A DNA stretch of 32,000 nucleotides from the NCBI RefSeq assembly GCF_000007985.2, contig NC_002939.5:1230001-1262000 (forward strand), in the 5' to 3' direction. The stretch comes from Geobacter sulfurreducens PCA (GTDB taxonomy: Bacteria; Desulfobacterota; Desulfuromonadia; Geobacterales; Geobacteraceae). Below the pieces are notes generated by a model. It had not been told where the DNA came from, did not search any database, and saw only the letters and a list, made by a program, of their open reading frames with translations. The translations under genes were made by a program, and so were the position numbers. This document shows positions 16,828 to 28,800 of the stretch, in pieces (the stretch's first letter is position 1; the number at the start of each line of letters is the position of its first letter).

Positions 16828-19800
16828 CTAACGGTTTGCACCAGTATTGCCGGTGAGTACCTTCACCGTATCGGCTTCCAGCAGGGAATCGCTTGCGTCG
16901 ATGCCTACCGCTCCGGGCTGAATATCCACCGCGTCATGTCCGGAGGGCGCCATGTGCCGCTGCCATGGGCGGGATCCCGGTTCCATGGGGTCGTAGTACA
17001 GGCGGTTCTGCCGCTTGCCGGTCCAGATCATCTTTTCGGTCGTGCCGACCACGCTGTTCTCGGTGCTGAACCCGTTGACCACGAAGTGAGGATCATAGTT
17101 GACAGCGAATGCGGTGGTCGTGAAGCGTTTGTCGGCAGTCATCGTCAGGGAGAAAGGCTCCGTGGCATAGAGTTGCAGGTGGCACGGCCGAACCCTTTTG
17201 TCCCGGTTGCCGACGATAACGTGATACAGGCTGTTGCTGAAATCGCCCCGATTGCCGATACGGGTATCGAAGAGGCTCAGATTGTCCACATCGGCGGTTA
17301 TTACGGCGGTGTCGGACGAGAGATGATCAAAGTCGATGGCGGTGTTCGAATCGGTCCCGATTCGGACCATGTCCGCCATTGTCTTGCTGCCGCCGTCCAC
17401 GTCGAAGTGAAGCGTCCCGCTCCCCGTGTGATGGATTTCTCCCAAGAGCACCGTGTCGCCCCGGGCCATGACCGATTCGGCAACGTCGGCTTGGCCCACC
17501 ACGATGGTCCCGCCGGAGAAGGTGTTGCGCACGTCGAGTACTGTCGGGTCAACACGGTGGACCGTGAGGAGCGGACCGTTCGCCCGGATCGAAACCGTGC
17601 CGGGCGCGGAGATATGATCGGCGTCGACGGACCCGTCGGGCACCGTAAGGTGCACCGACCCGGTCTGGCTGACAACGCTGTCGACGGTGAGTCCGCCGCC
17701 TTGTTCTTCAAGGAAGAAGCTGTCCTGTGACAGCCCGGTCAGTATGCCCGCCGGCCGCAGGCGGGAGACAATGAACTTCTCCGCGGAGCCGACACTGCCG
17801 CCGGCCGCTTCAAGGCTCAGGTCGTCGGTGATCAGGTTCTCCCGGCCGTCGTCACGGCCGTTGACGATGTTAGCGGATGCGGTCATCCGGATTCGGCGCG
17901 GGGCGGTGATCCCGCCGACAATGGCCGAGCCGGCGGCGACCGACAGTTCCACTGCGCCGTTTGTGCTTGCGATAGTATCGATGGTGAGGTCGCCGTTCCG
18001 TTCTTCCAGGAAGAGATCGTCGCGGACCCAGGCGGTCAGGACTCCGTTGCCGGACAGGTCAGTGACCAGCGCGTTCGCCGATGTGCCGGCGCCCCCTGCC
18101 GAGGACTCGATGATCAGGTCGTCGCCGATGATGTTGACCCCGTTGTCATCCCGACCGTTAACGATGTTGCCGGATACTTCGAGCAGGACATGTCCGGGTG
18201 CGGAGATTTGGCCGATGGCGGCCGACCCGTTGGCGACGGTCAGTTCCACTGCGCCGTTCTGGCTGATGATGCTGTCGGCCGAGATGTCGCCGCCCGCTTC
18301 CCTGATGAAGATACCGTCCCTCGCCCGGGCGGTCAGCACACCTCCCAGTGACAGGTCGGTGACCAGCGGTCTGGCTGCGGAGCCGACCCCACCCGCAGAG
18401 GCTTCGAGGATGAGATCCCTGCCGATCAGGTTTGCCTCGTCATCGGTGCGGCCGTTGATTATTCCGCCTACGATCTTCAGGCGGATATCCCCGTTTCCTG
18501 CGTCGACCCGGTCGATGTTCACATCCGTTTCAGCTCCCAGGTAGACATGGTCGCGGGACTGGATGGTCACGCTCTGGGAGGCCCGCACATCCACGTCGTT
18601 CTTCAGTTGCACGATCAGGTTGCCATTGTCGATGGTGATATCGTCCTTCTCGGCACGGGCGACCATGATCCGCTGGTCGGGAGTCACCGTGCCGTTGCTG
18701 ATGGCGTCGGCGGAAATCACCTCGTCGGCAAGGACGCTGCCGACACCGGCCCCTGTCACGATGGTGACGTTGCGGCCCGAGACGTTCGCCTCTTCGATGA
18801 GAACCTCGGTCTTGCCCAGTTCGGGGATGGTGGTCAGGTTCTTGGCGTTGAGCAGTTCATCGGCGGTCCAGACGCCCTCGTTGAATTCACTCTGTTCCGT
18901 GGCGGTCAGGGTGTATTGCCATGACGGATCGTAGGTGGCGTCATACTGGTCGTCGCTCGGATCAAAGGGGGTACCGTTGTCGGAGAGGCGGTGTGCCGCC
19001 TGATACTGGCTTTTCTTCTGCTCCTTGTACTGATCGATGGATTGCTGGACTTTCGTGTCGTCGGTCAGTTTCAGGTCGTCCCAAGTTGTCAGGAGCTTGT
19101 CCTTCGTGTCGTCATCGAGGCCCTCGTTGAAGTTGTAATCCTCAAGGCCGCCGTCCACGGTAAGCACCACGTCTCCTTCCCGGGACGCAATCCGGTTGAT
19201 GTGCGCATTCCCCTCTTTTTCCGTCAGGTAGATGCTGTGGAGCGACTCCGCGGTCAGGATGCCGTCGGCGTTGACCACGAGGGCGTTGTCCCCGGTTCCG
19301 ATGCCGCCCGCCGTGGCAGTGAGAGAGATGTTGGTGCCGGTGATGGACGGTGAGGTTCCGGAACCGTCCCTGAGTGAGCCTGCCGATACGAGACGCACAT
19401 CCCCCGTGGTGGTGACGGTGTCGATCACCAGGTCTCCCTCCACCTCTTCCACATTGATCAGGCCGCCGGCAGTGGCCCTGAGACTCCCGCCAACCGTGTC
19501 GGTCCTGATCCCCTGGTCCAAGGTGCCGATGCTCCCCTCCGTGGCTGTGAGGGCGATATTCCTGCCGGTGACCAGATAGGTATCGTTGAGAGAGTAGATT
19601 CCGCCCCGGTCGTTCCTGATGCTCACGTTGCCGACTGTGTTCCTGATGGAGCCGTTCAGGTAGATGTCGGAGGGTCCGGCGGCGCCGCTGTTGAAGATGC
19701 TGATCCTCCCTTCGTCCAGATTGCCCAGGAATTCGATGCCGATGGGATTGTCCGCTTTCTTGCCGAACTGGTCGAGAATGGCCTGCTTCATGCCCGCATC

Positions 19801-22800
19801 CACCATCAGTGCGAACTGGAGCCAGAAGTTACCGGCGGTGAAGCGGGTAGTCCACCAGTTGTCCCAAGCTGCTGCCACATCCTTTTCGGTGATGGTCCAG
19901 TCGCTGAACGTAGCGACGCGCGCGCCGGCATGGGGTGCATAGGATGAAGACCGGCTGTCAGCCTTGTGGCTGTCCAGTTCGGTATAGATAAATTTTCTGG
20001 TCGCCGCGTCCCAGAGCTGATATCCCTGGGACACGTTGAGGGCGTCTCCGTTGCCGGTGATCAGGGTGAGGAGCTGGTTGTTGTCCCCCACGTAGATGCC
20101 GTTGTCAGTGTACTTGCGGCCGGTGTCGACGATCTTGATCTGGCCGTCGACCCGCGGTCCCACGTCCAGGGTGTTGATCACCACGTCCCTGGACGAGAGG
20201 TTCTCAATGACAATTTCGCCGTAGCCGTCCATGACCTTCAGGGCGCCCGTGCCGGTCGTGCTGACGATATTGCCGAACAGTTCCACCTTTCCGCCGCCGA
20301 AGTCCACCCGGTAGATGACGATCCGCTGGTTTACCGGGTCCCACTTGGCCACGCTCAACTCGTCGCCGATGGTCGGGATGACCATGTCCGGACCGAGTGT
20401 TTCGGGATCGAACTCGGGAATAGTGATGTAGCGGTAAGGAATGCCGCTCTGGATGGTGTCGTTGATGTCCAGTATCTCGCCGCTGATATAGATGTTGTTG
20501 CCGGCAATCAGGTGGCCCGGCTGGTAGAGGCCCGGCTGCCACTCGCGGACAAAGCCGCCCTGCATGACCATGTCCAGGTCGTCGGCGATAATGTTGCCGC
20601 CGACGGCGACGCTGCCGCTGTTGTTCCGGATGGAAACCCGGCCGCCGTAGTTGATGATGTCGCCCTTCAACACGATATCGGACGGGGTGAGGGCCCCGGG
20701 GAAGTCATCCAGATAGGCGTTGTTGAAGATCTCGATCCGCCGGCCCAGATTCTGTCCGGCAACGATCTGCAGCGTCTCTCCGCCATAACTGTGGGACGTG
20801 ATGGCCTTGCCGTTTAGATTGACATTGCCGCTGGCAGATTTGGGGATTTCCAGGTCGTTCAACTCCAGATGCGCCAGAGAGTTGTTGTCGATCCTGATCA
20901 TGAAGTCGGTCCCCGGCACCTTCAGGGTCCCGGTCCCCTTGAGGGTCGTTGTGGTGATATTGATGTCGCCCGACCCGGTCATGAGGTCCTTGACCGCGAT
21001 CAGGGGAACCGTAAGTTCCGCGTTGCTCTTCCCCTCCCACTCTGCCAGTTTCTGCTCCAGGATCTGCACCTCGGTCTTGAGGGCGTCGTACAAGATCTTG
21101 TCACCTTCCGGCAGGTTGGGATACGTGCCGGAAGGGTCGATCTCGGCAATCTTGGCGTCGAGTTTGGCCTTCTTGTCCAGCACCTTGTCCCGCAGGTTAA
21201 TGGTGGTCTGCTCGTAGTCAGCCGAGGTAAGGGTACCTCCGACCACCGTCCCGTCCGGTCCGATCACCAGGGTCTTGTGGCGGTTCAGTCCGCTTTCCAG
21301 GGTGCCGTTCACGGTGACGGACGGGCCGCTGACGTCGGTACCCTCGTGGTTGAAGAACCAGCTCCGCCGGCTTCCGTTGCTGTAGATGGTGATGGGTATG
21401 CCGAAGAGGAGGTATGATTTCTTTTTGGCCTTGGCATATCCCTCGACGGTGGCAAGGCCGCTGAAGGCGCCCAGATTGATGTCTCGGCCCGCCTTCAGGT
21501 TCGAGCCGGTGTCGATAAGGATGTCGTTGAAGTCATAGAGGTAGGCCCATCCCGTCACGTCGCTGACCGGGATGGCCCCCGACACCCAGGAACGGGCGTC
21601 TGCCCGGGAGATGAGACTGTTCTGGAGATCCGAGAGCCCCTGGCCGGCAAAGAGGTCGATGTCGTTGTCGGCACTGAGCGCGGCATTCGTCCCGACCACC
21701 ACGTCGTTGTCCGCCACAACGGTGTTGAGTGCGGTCCCATCGCCGCCGGCGGCGAATCCCCAAGTACTGGTGTTGGTGGTGGTTTGGACGTTGGCGTTGG
21801 TCTTGGCCAGAACGTTCAGGTCGTTGCCGGCGTGCACGTTCGCATTGGCTCCGATTGTGGCCGTGGCGGTGTTGTCGCTGGTGATGGCCGATCGCACGTC
21901 GGCGACGGCGATGAGCCCTCCAGCGGAAAGTTGTGCCATGTCTGTGGCCAGCACGGCGTTTTCAGCGGCCACCGTCAGGTCGCCGCCGGCGCTGATCGTC
22001 TGGTCCGACCCGCTGATGGTATTGCCTGCCAGGGTAGCAGTGGTGAAGGTGCTCAGGGAGGTGGAACTCTGCCCGGCGGCGCCGCCGAATACCCCGCCCG
22101 CCCCTGATGTGAGGTTGGCCGGGCGTTGCGGGCTGTACTTTACGATCTCATTCAGGGCCAGGACAGCCAGGTCCGTCCCGGCTTCGAGGGCGTTATTGGT
22201 TCCCACCGACGCCTCCACCACGGACGTTGCGGCATTGTCGGTCCGGGCGCCGCTCACCCCCACGAGGCCGGCCGTTGAGCTGTCGGCAAAAGCGTTGAGG
22301 GTAGTCAGAGCATCTGCCGTAATGGCGATACTATTCGTTGCATGGATCTTTCGGGCATTGTCATCGCTGCTGTCGGCGATGGCAGCGGTAGTGGTGTTGA
22401 CCTGGATAGTTTCGGCCCTGGTCGTGACCCCTGCTATGCCGCCGCCGGCACCGGCCCGGGAGTCGGCCAGGGCGACATTGGACGAGGTGGCGGCCACGTT
22501 AACGCTGTCGGTGGTTATGGCCGTATTGCCGCCGATGAGAGCACCTGTCGTTGAGCCAAACCAGGAGATGAAACGCCCCTGGGCGTCGTAGAGCGGCACT
22601 GCGGTGACGGCCGTGGCTGTGTTGGAGCCGAAGGCCGCCAATCCGCCGATCCAGCCGCTGGCATCGGAAGATGCGCTGTTGGTGGTGGTTGCGGTGACGG
22701 ATACGGCTCTGTCCGCCTCAATGGTGCTGCCGCTGCCGATGGCAGTGTTCACCTGCGGCAGGCCGGTCGCGGTTGAAGTGGTGCCGGCTATGCCGATCAG

Positions 22801-25800
22801 CGCCCCGGCAGACGCAGTAGCGTGGGTCGTGGCGGTAGTGGTCGCCGTGCCGCTTACCGTTACATCCTGTCCCGCAGTAATGACCGTCTCGTCGCCGATG
22901 GTGGCCCTGACCACGGGCATGGTCCGAGCCGTTGCCTCGGAGACCCCCACGCCGAGGGCTCCAATGCTGGCCCCGTTGGCCGTTGCCGTGCCCGTGACGG
23001 TGGCGGTTGCCATTGCCGCCACGTCGGTGTCGACGCGGGCGGCGGTCCGGTTGCCGATCTCGGCAGTTACCGTGGGGCCGATGTCTGCCGTGGCAATGGA
23101 ACCCTGGCCCGACAAGATGCCGCCCGCAGCGGCTTCGGAACGGGCCGTGCCGTTGGTGATGGTCTGGGCGCTCACGGACAGGCTGCCAACGGTATCGCCC
23201 GTGTTACGGCTGTCCTGGCCGATCCGGGTATCCTCGCCCACCGAGGCATCGATTGTGCCGCCGACACGGGCCTTTGCCAGGGAGAGACCGCCGGCAGCGG
23301 CGCCGGCACTGACGCCGAAGGTGTGGGCCGTTACGGTATGCAGACCGGTGGCGTTGATGTCGACCTGATCGGCCCTGTCGATTACCCCGCCGTCGCCCAG
23401 GTAAGCGGAGGTGCTTGCCGTGTCGTTGTAGATCGCCAGCGCGGCGTTGACCGCGACGATGCCGCCCGTGCCCACATAGGCGTCCACGGTGCCCGTGGCG
23501 TCGGTGTTGGCCGAAACCAGGATGTTGCCTGCCGCATTGGCCCGGCCGGAACCGAGGATGTACGCCTGGGTAGAACCGCTGACATTGACTATGCCGATAC
23601 CGGCCCCGAGGCCCAGAGCTCCCCCCGCGGCTGCGCCGGCGAGGATGTCGGCATCCACCGTCCGCCTGGCAGACACGTCCACATGGCGTCCGGCCTCCAC
23701 TGCAGCCCCGCCGATGAAGGCGGCAGTGCCGCGTGGGGTCTGATTATTCAACTGATCAGTGACGGCAACGTCCGAGCGCTTGGCTTGGGCATCGGCGGCG
23801 ATGGACCGGATGCGGCTGTCTCCGGAGCCGGTGAGCAGTGTGCCGATACTGTTGTCCGAGGCCTGGTCGTCGGCATAGCTATTGACGTCGGCGAAGTCGC
23901 CGCCATCGGATTTCAGCTGATCTTTGGCCTCCTGTTCCAGGCCGGTCCCCACCGAATAGACCGCAACCCCTCCGGCGATTGCTCCCAGACCGCCGGCAGC
24001 ACTCACCACGACCGAATCGATTTCGGTTTTTGCGAGGGCATTGACCTCCACGTCCCGGTTGGCGTAGATCTGGGCACCATCGGCGATGGACGCGCTGGTG
24101 TCGTTCCTGATGGCGCCCACGTCGACGCCGCCGGCCGCTCCCAGCGCACCGACCCCCAGCGCGCCGGTTATGACGTTGGTTCTGGCGCTGTTGCGGGCGC
24201 TCACGTTCACATCCTGCTCATCGTGACCATCCGTGACCCCTTCGTTGACGGAAGCATTGGTACCGATGGAGGCGCGGGTAGCGGAATCAACGGTCTGCAC
24301 CGTAACCGCACCCGATACGCCGGCGTAGAATCCGCCGGCACCTGCGGCCGCCACAGAGAAAATATCCTCGGAAGAGGCCGCCTCCACCGAAAGTCCCCTG
24401 ATTTGCCCGGTTGTATCACTGTCATCGCCGGTATAGGCGGTCATGGAGCCGGTGTCGTTGCCGCGGGCGTTCACCGTGGCATTGCTCCCCACGGTCGCCG
24501 TCGTTTCCTTGCTCACCGAAGTGACTCCCACTGCTCCGCCGACTCCGGCGCCCCCGATGCCGATGGCAACGGTGCCGGCGATCATGTCGGTTTCGGTGTC
24601 GTCCCGGGCCGCAATACGCACGTTGCCGCCCGCGTCCACCATCGAGTCCGTCCCGGTGCCGGCACTCGTGGTGTTGTCGATGGACAGGACGGATACGGAG
24701 CCGGAGACGCCGACCGTACCCGCCACGCCAAGGCTGGCGGAGATGGAGAGCACCTCTTCTCCTGCCAGGGCGCTTACCTCCACGTCCTTTGCGGCACTGA
24801 CCAGCGCGCCTTCGCCGATGTCCGCCGTGGTGGTCAGGTTCGCCACGGTCACATCGGCCCCGACGCCGATGCCTACCGCCCCGGCACCGGAGCCCGATCC
24901 GGCCACTCCCATATGGTAGTAGTCGTTTCCGGCGGCCACGAGGACCGACTGTCCGGCGTCGGCTGCGGCGGTATCCTGGTTGACCGTGGCCCCCGTGCCG
25001 ATGGTGGCTGAGGTGGTGGTTGTGATGGCGTTGACGTTGCCGGCCAGGGTGATTGCCGCTGTCCCCGCGATGGAGCCGGTTGCGGAGATCGATTCGATAT
25101 CGTCCTGATTCGTGGCGGTCACCGCAACTCCATTGACCGTCCTGGTGCTGGGGGGTGCGGAGCGCTGGCCGGTCAGGGCACCACTGTCGCTGCCGGAGCC
25201 ATTGGTGGTGGGTGCGCGGATTTCCCCCTCGTCGCCGGAATCGGCTCCGTAAGACACGGCAAACCCGCCGTCGGCAACCACGACCCCATCCCCTGTTCCA
25301 CGTCCCGTTACATCGGCCTGTTCGCCGATGGCGGCGATAACGGTCTTGGTGATCACCTGCACCGCCGCCGAGGCGCCGACGCCGGCGGTCCCCCCAAAGG
25401 CCCCGTTCCCGGCGATCATGTCCATCTCGGTGCCGTCATGGGCGCTGACTGCGACACTGCCATCGGCGCGCACCACGGCGCTGTTGCCGATGGTGGCGGC
25501 GGTGTTCAGCCCCAGATCATAGACCGATGCCGACCCTGCGATGCCGGCCGACCCGCCGGCAGAGAGCGAGGCCGCCACCGAGGTGATATCTTCGCTGCTG
25601 TCGGCCGTGACGACGATGTTCCCCTTTGCCTTGACCGTCGTGGGCGTCTGGGCGGACGAGGCGATGCTTGCCTCGGTGTCCTTGGTGATTACCCCCACGT
25701 CGGCCCCAGCTCCGACTCCACCCGATCCGCCGAAAGCCACCGCCCCGGCCACGCCGAGCAGGCCGGTCCTGTCCGATGCCCGGATAAGGACGTTTTGGGC

Positions 25801-28800
25801 GGCATCGCCGTCATCGGCATCGTTCACGTGTGCGCCTTGGCCGACGGTGGCGTAAGTTTTTTCGTCCAGGACGGTGACGGTGGCCGAACCCGCAATGCCC
25901 ACCTTGCCGCCGCCGGCTCCGCCGGCAGCGATGGTCTGGAGATTTTCGAAGGAGGCGGCTGAAACCGCCAGCCCGGTTACATCTTCTTTTGTCCGGTTCC
26001 CCGAGGCGTCCTTGTCGCCGGTATAGATCCGGCCCGCAGTGCCGTTGCCGCGGGCACTGACCGTGGCGCCGGCGCCAAGGGTCGCTTCCACGAGGTTATG
26101 AGTGACGAGCGTGGAGTTGGCGACGGCGATGGCCGCGCTGCCCGCGCCAGCCACGTTGCCCGCCAGGCTGAAGATATCCACGTCGTCCGAAGCGGTGACC
26201 AGCACGTTGCCGTCGGCGGTTACGCCGGACGTGCCGTCAATGGTGGCGGTCACGCTGTTGGTGCCTTCTGCCACCGATACTGATCCGCCGATGCCCACCT
26301 TGCTTGCGAAGCTCCCTCCCACGGCAAAGGCTTGCACCCGAGTGGTGGAATCGGCCGCAACCTCCACGTTACCCGAGGTAGATTCCACGTCTGCGCCGGT
26401 CCGGATGCCGGCATCAACAATGTTGCTCACATCGCTCCAGGCAAAGGAGAGGCCGAAGGCCGCCTTGCCGGAGGTGGCGGCGAGCCCGCCGGCAATGGCA
26501 AATATCCGCGACTGGTCGTCGGCGGCAAGGGAAATGCTGCCGACTGACTCGACGCCGCTGCCGTTGTTCTGGCCGGAGATCCAGGCATGGGTCTCGTTGC
26601 TGAGGGTGTTGACCGACACCGCGGCCTCGCCGGCCATGTCCCCCGTGCTGGCCCCGAGGGCGGCGGAGATGGTGTCGATGGCGTTGTTGGTGGTGGCCGA
26701 GACGGTGATGTCCCCAGTGGCGGTCAGGGCGGATGTATCCACATACGCCTGGGTCAGGTTGTCCAGGCTGTTCCAGGCGAAGGAGAGGCCGATTCCCGCC
26801 TTGCCGCCATAGGACACGGCGCCGGCGATGGATTTGATGATCGAGTCGTCCCGGGCGGTCAGGTCCACAGCCTCGACTCCTCGGACCGTACTCCCGGTCA
26901 GGTATGTCTGGGTTGTGTTGGTAATTTCATTGACCGACACCGAACCGGCAACCCCCACCTTCCCCTTTGTGCCCTGGACCGAGGCCGAGATGGTATTGAT
27001 CTCACCGTTCACCTGGGCATCCATGTCCAGGTCTCCGCTGATGGTAAGCGATGCGTCATCCAGGTAGGCGGCGGTCGTGCCGCCCAGGGTGTTCTGCGAG
27101 TAGGAACCTGCCAGACCGTTGCCTTCCTGCTGAGTGGAGATCGTTACGGCGCCGGCTAGGGCGTTGACGGCCAGGGTGTTGGTGGCGCTCAGGGTGGCGT
27201 TGCCGGCCTGGCTTACCGTGGCGCCGTCGCTGATGTAGGCCAGGGTGTCGGACGTGATGTCGTTTACCGACGCATCGCCCGACACGGCAATGCCGAACGT
27301 GCCTTTGCCGCTGCCGCTGGAACCGGCCACGCTGCCGGCGCCATCCTTCGTTTCCTGAGCATCCTTGGGGACTTCGGTCTGGGCCGTGCTGTTGGTGGCA
27401 AGGGCTCCAGTCACGGAATAGGCCCCGATCTCATTGGAGGAGGTTGCCTTGACCGTCAGAGAGCCGTCAGTGCTGACCTGGCCCAAGGCAGGTACATCAT
27501 CCTGCTGTAGCGGGTCGTAGTTGCCGATGTAAGCCGAAGCATCGGTATCGATGGTGTTGAGCGACACGGCGAAGCCGATGCCGACCTGGCCCTTGGTGGC
27601 CACCACGCCGCCGGCCACGGAAATGGTCTTCGCAGTTCCCTTGGCCTCAACGCTGATATTGCCTCCGGCGTCCACATCGGCATCATCGTCGATGGCCGCC
27701 ACTGCCCCGCCGGTGATGGTGTTTATGGAAACCGCCCCTTCAACTCCCACCTGGTCCGACGAACCGCCGGCCTCGGTCACGGTGACCAGGTGGTTCACGT
27801 TCTCCGCCTTGACATCGATGGTAGACTCGGATTTCACCACGGAATCGCCGCGGATGGTTGCCGTCGCGTTTTCCCTGATGTCGATAATATTGCCCGAGCC
27901 GCCGATTGCCGCCTTGCCGCCGCTGGTGCCGAGAAATTTCTTCGACAGCAGCCCCACCGCGTTGACGGTGCTGATGTCGTTTTTCGCGTGCACGGTGACG
28001 ATCTGGTTCGGCAGGGTCATGGCGTCTTTGTCGAAAACGGTGTTGATCCTAGCCCCTTCGTCGATCCATGCGTTGGCATTGTTTTCCAGGTTAAAGACGC
28101 TGACCGCCGCTGCCAGGCCCATGCCGCTCTTCCCGCCAGCCGAGTTGATTGCGTAGGAGGTGAGCAGCAGGTCGAGAATTCCGTCCTGGAGATGATTCAG
28201 GATCGTAACTGGCGAGTCCCAATCGATCTGCCAGGGGTAAGGGACGACGGTCTGGGCATCGACCAGCAGGCTTCCCGTGGCGTCGACCGAAGCGCCGGTC
28301 CCGATGCTGGCGCTGGCATTGTTGGTGAAGTCGGCGATAACGGCCGCCCCGCCGATGGCAGTGCCGGTAGAGGTGGCCTTGGAGCCGACGCTGGCGTTGG
28401 GACGATCATCGATCCGGGCGGTGACGTCGATGTTTCCCTGAGCCTGTACCGTGGCGTCCGGGGCTATGGCCGCGGTGGTGGTATTCACGGACTTGCTGTA
28501 GGTAACCGCTCCCGAGAGGTTGAACGTGCCTTCCTTGATGCCCGGGAAGATGAAGCCGGTAATGCGCTCGGAGGTTTCCGGCTTGAGCAGGCCGGTGGCG
28601 TCGATGATGCCTTTGGTGACGTTTCGCTTGATCCCGGCCTGGAAGTCGGTAATTCTGGCCGAGATGGTGTTCGGGTTGCCCAGCGTCGCCGCGTCGGCGC
28701 CGGTGTTATTTTTGGTGATGTCCGTGGTGGCTTTCACCGTGACGTTGCCGGCGTCGGCGGTAACGTTGCCGCCAAGGGTTGCCGTCGTCGTCGTGGTCGA

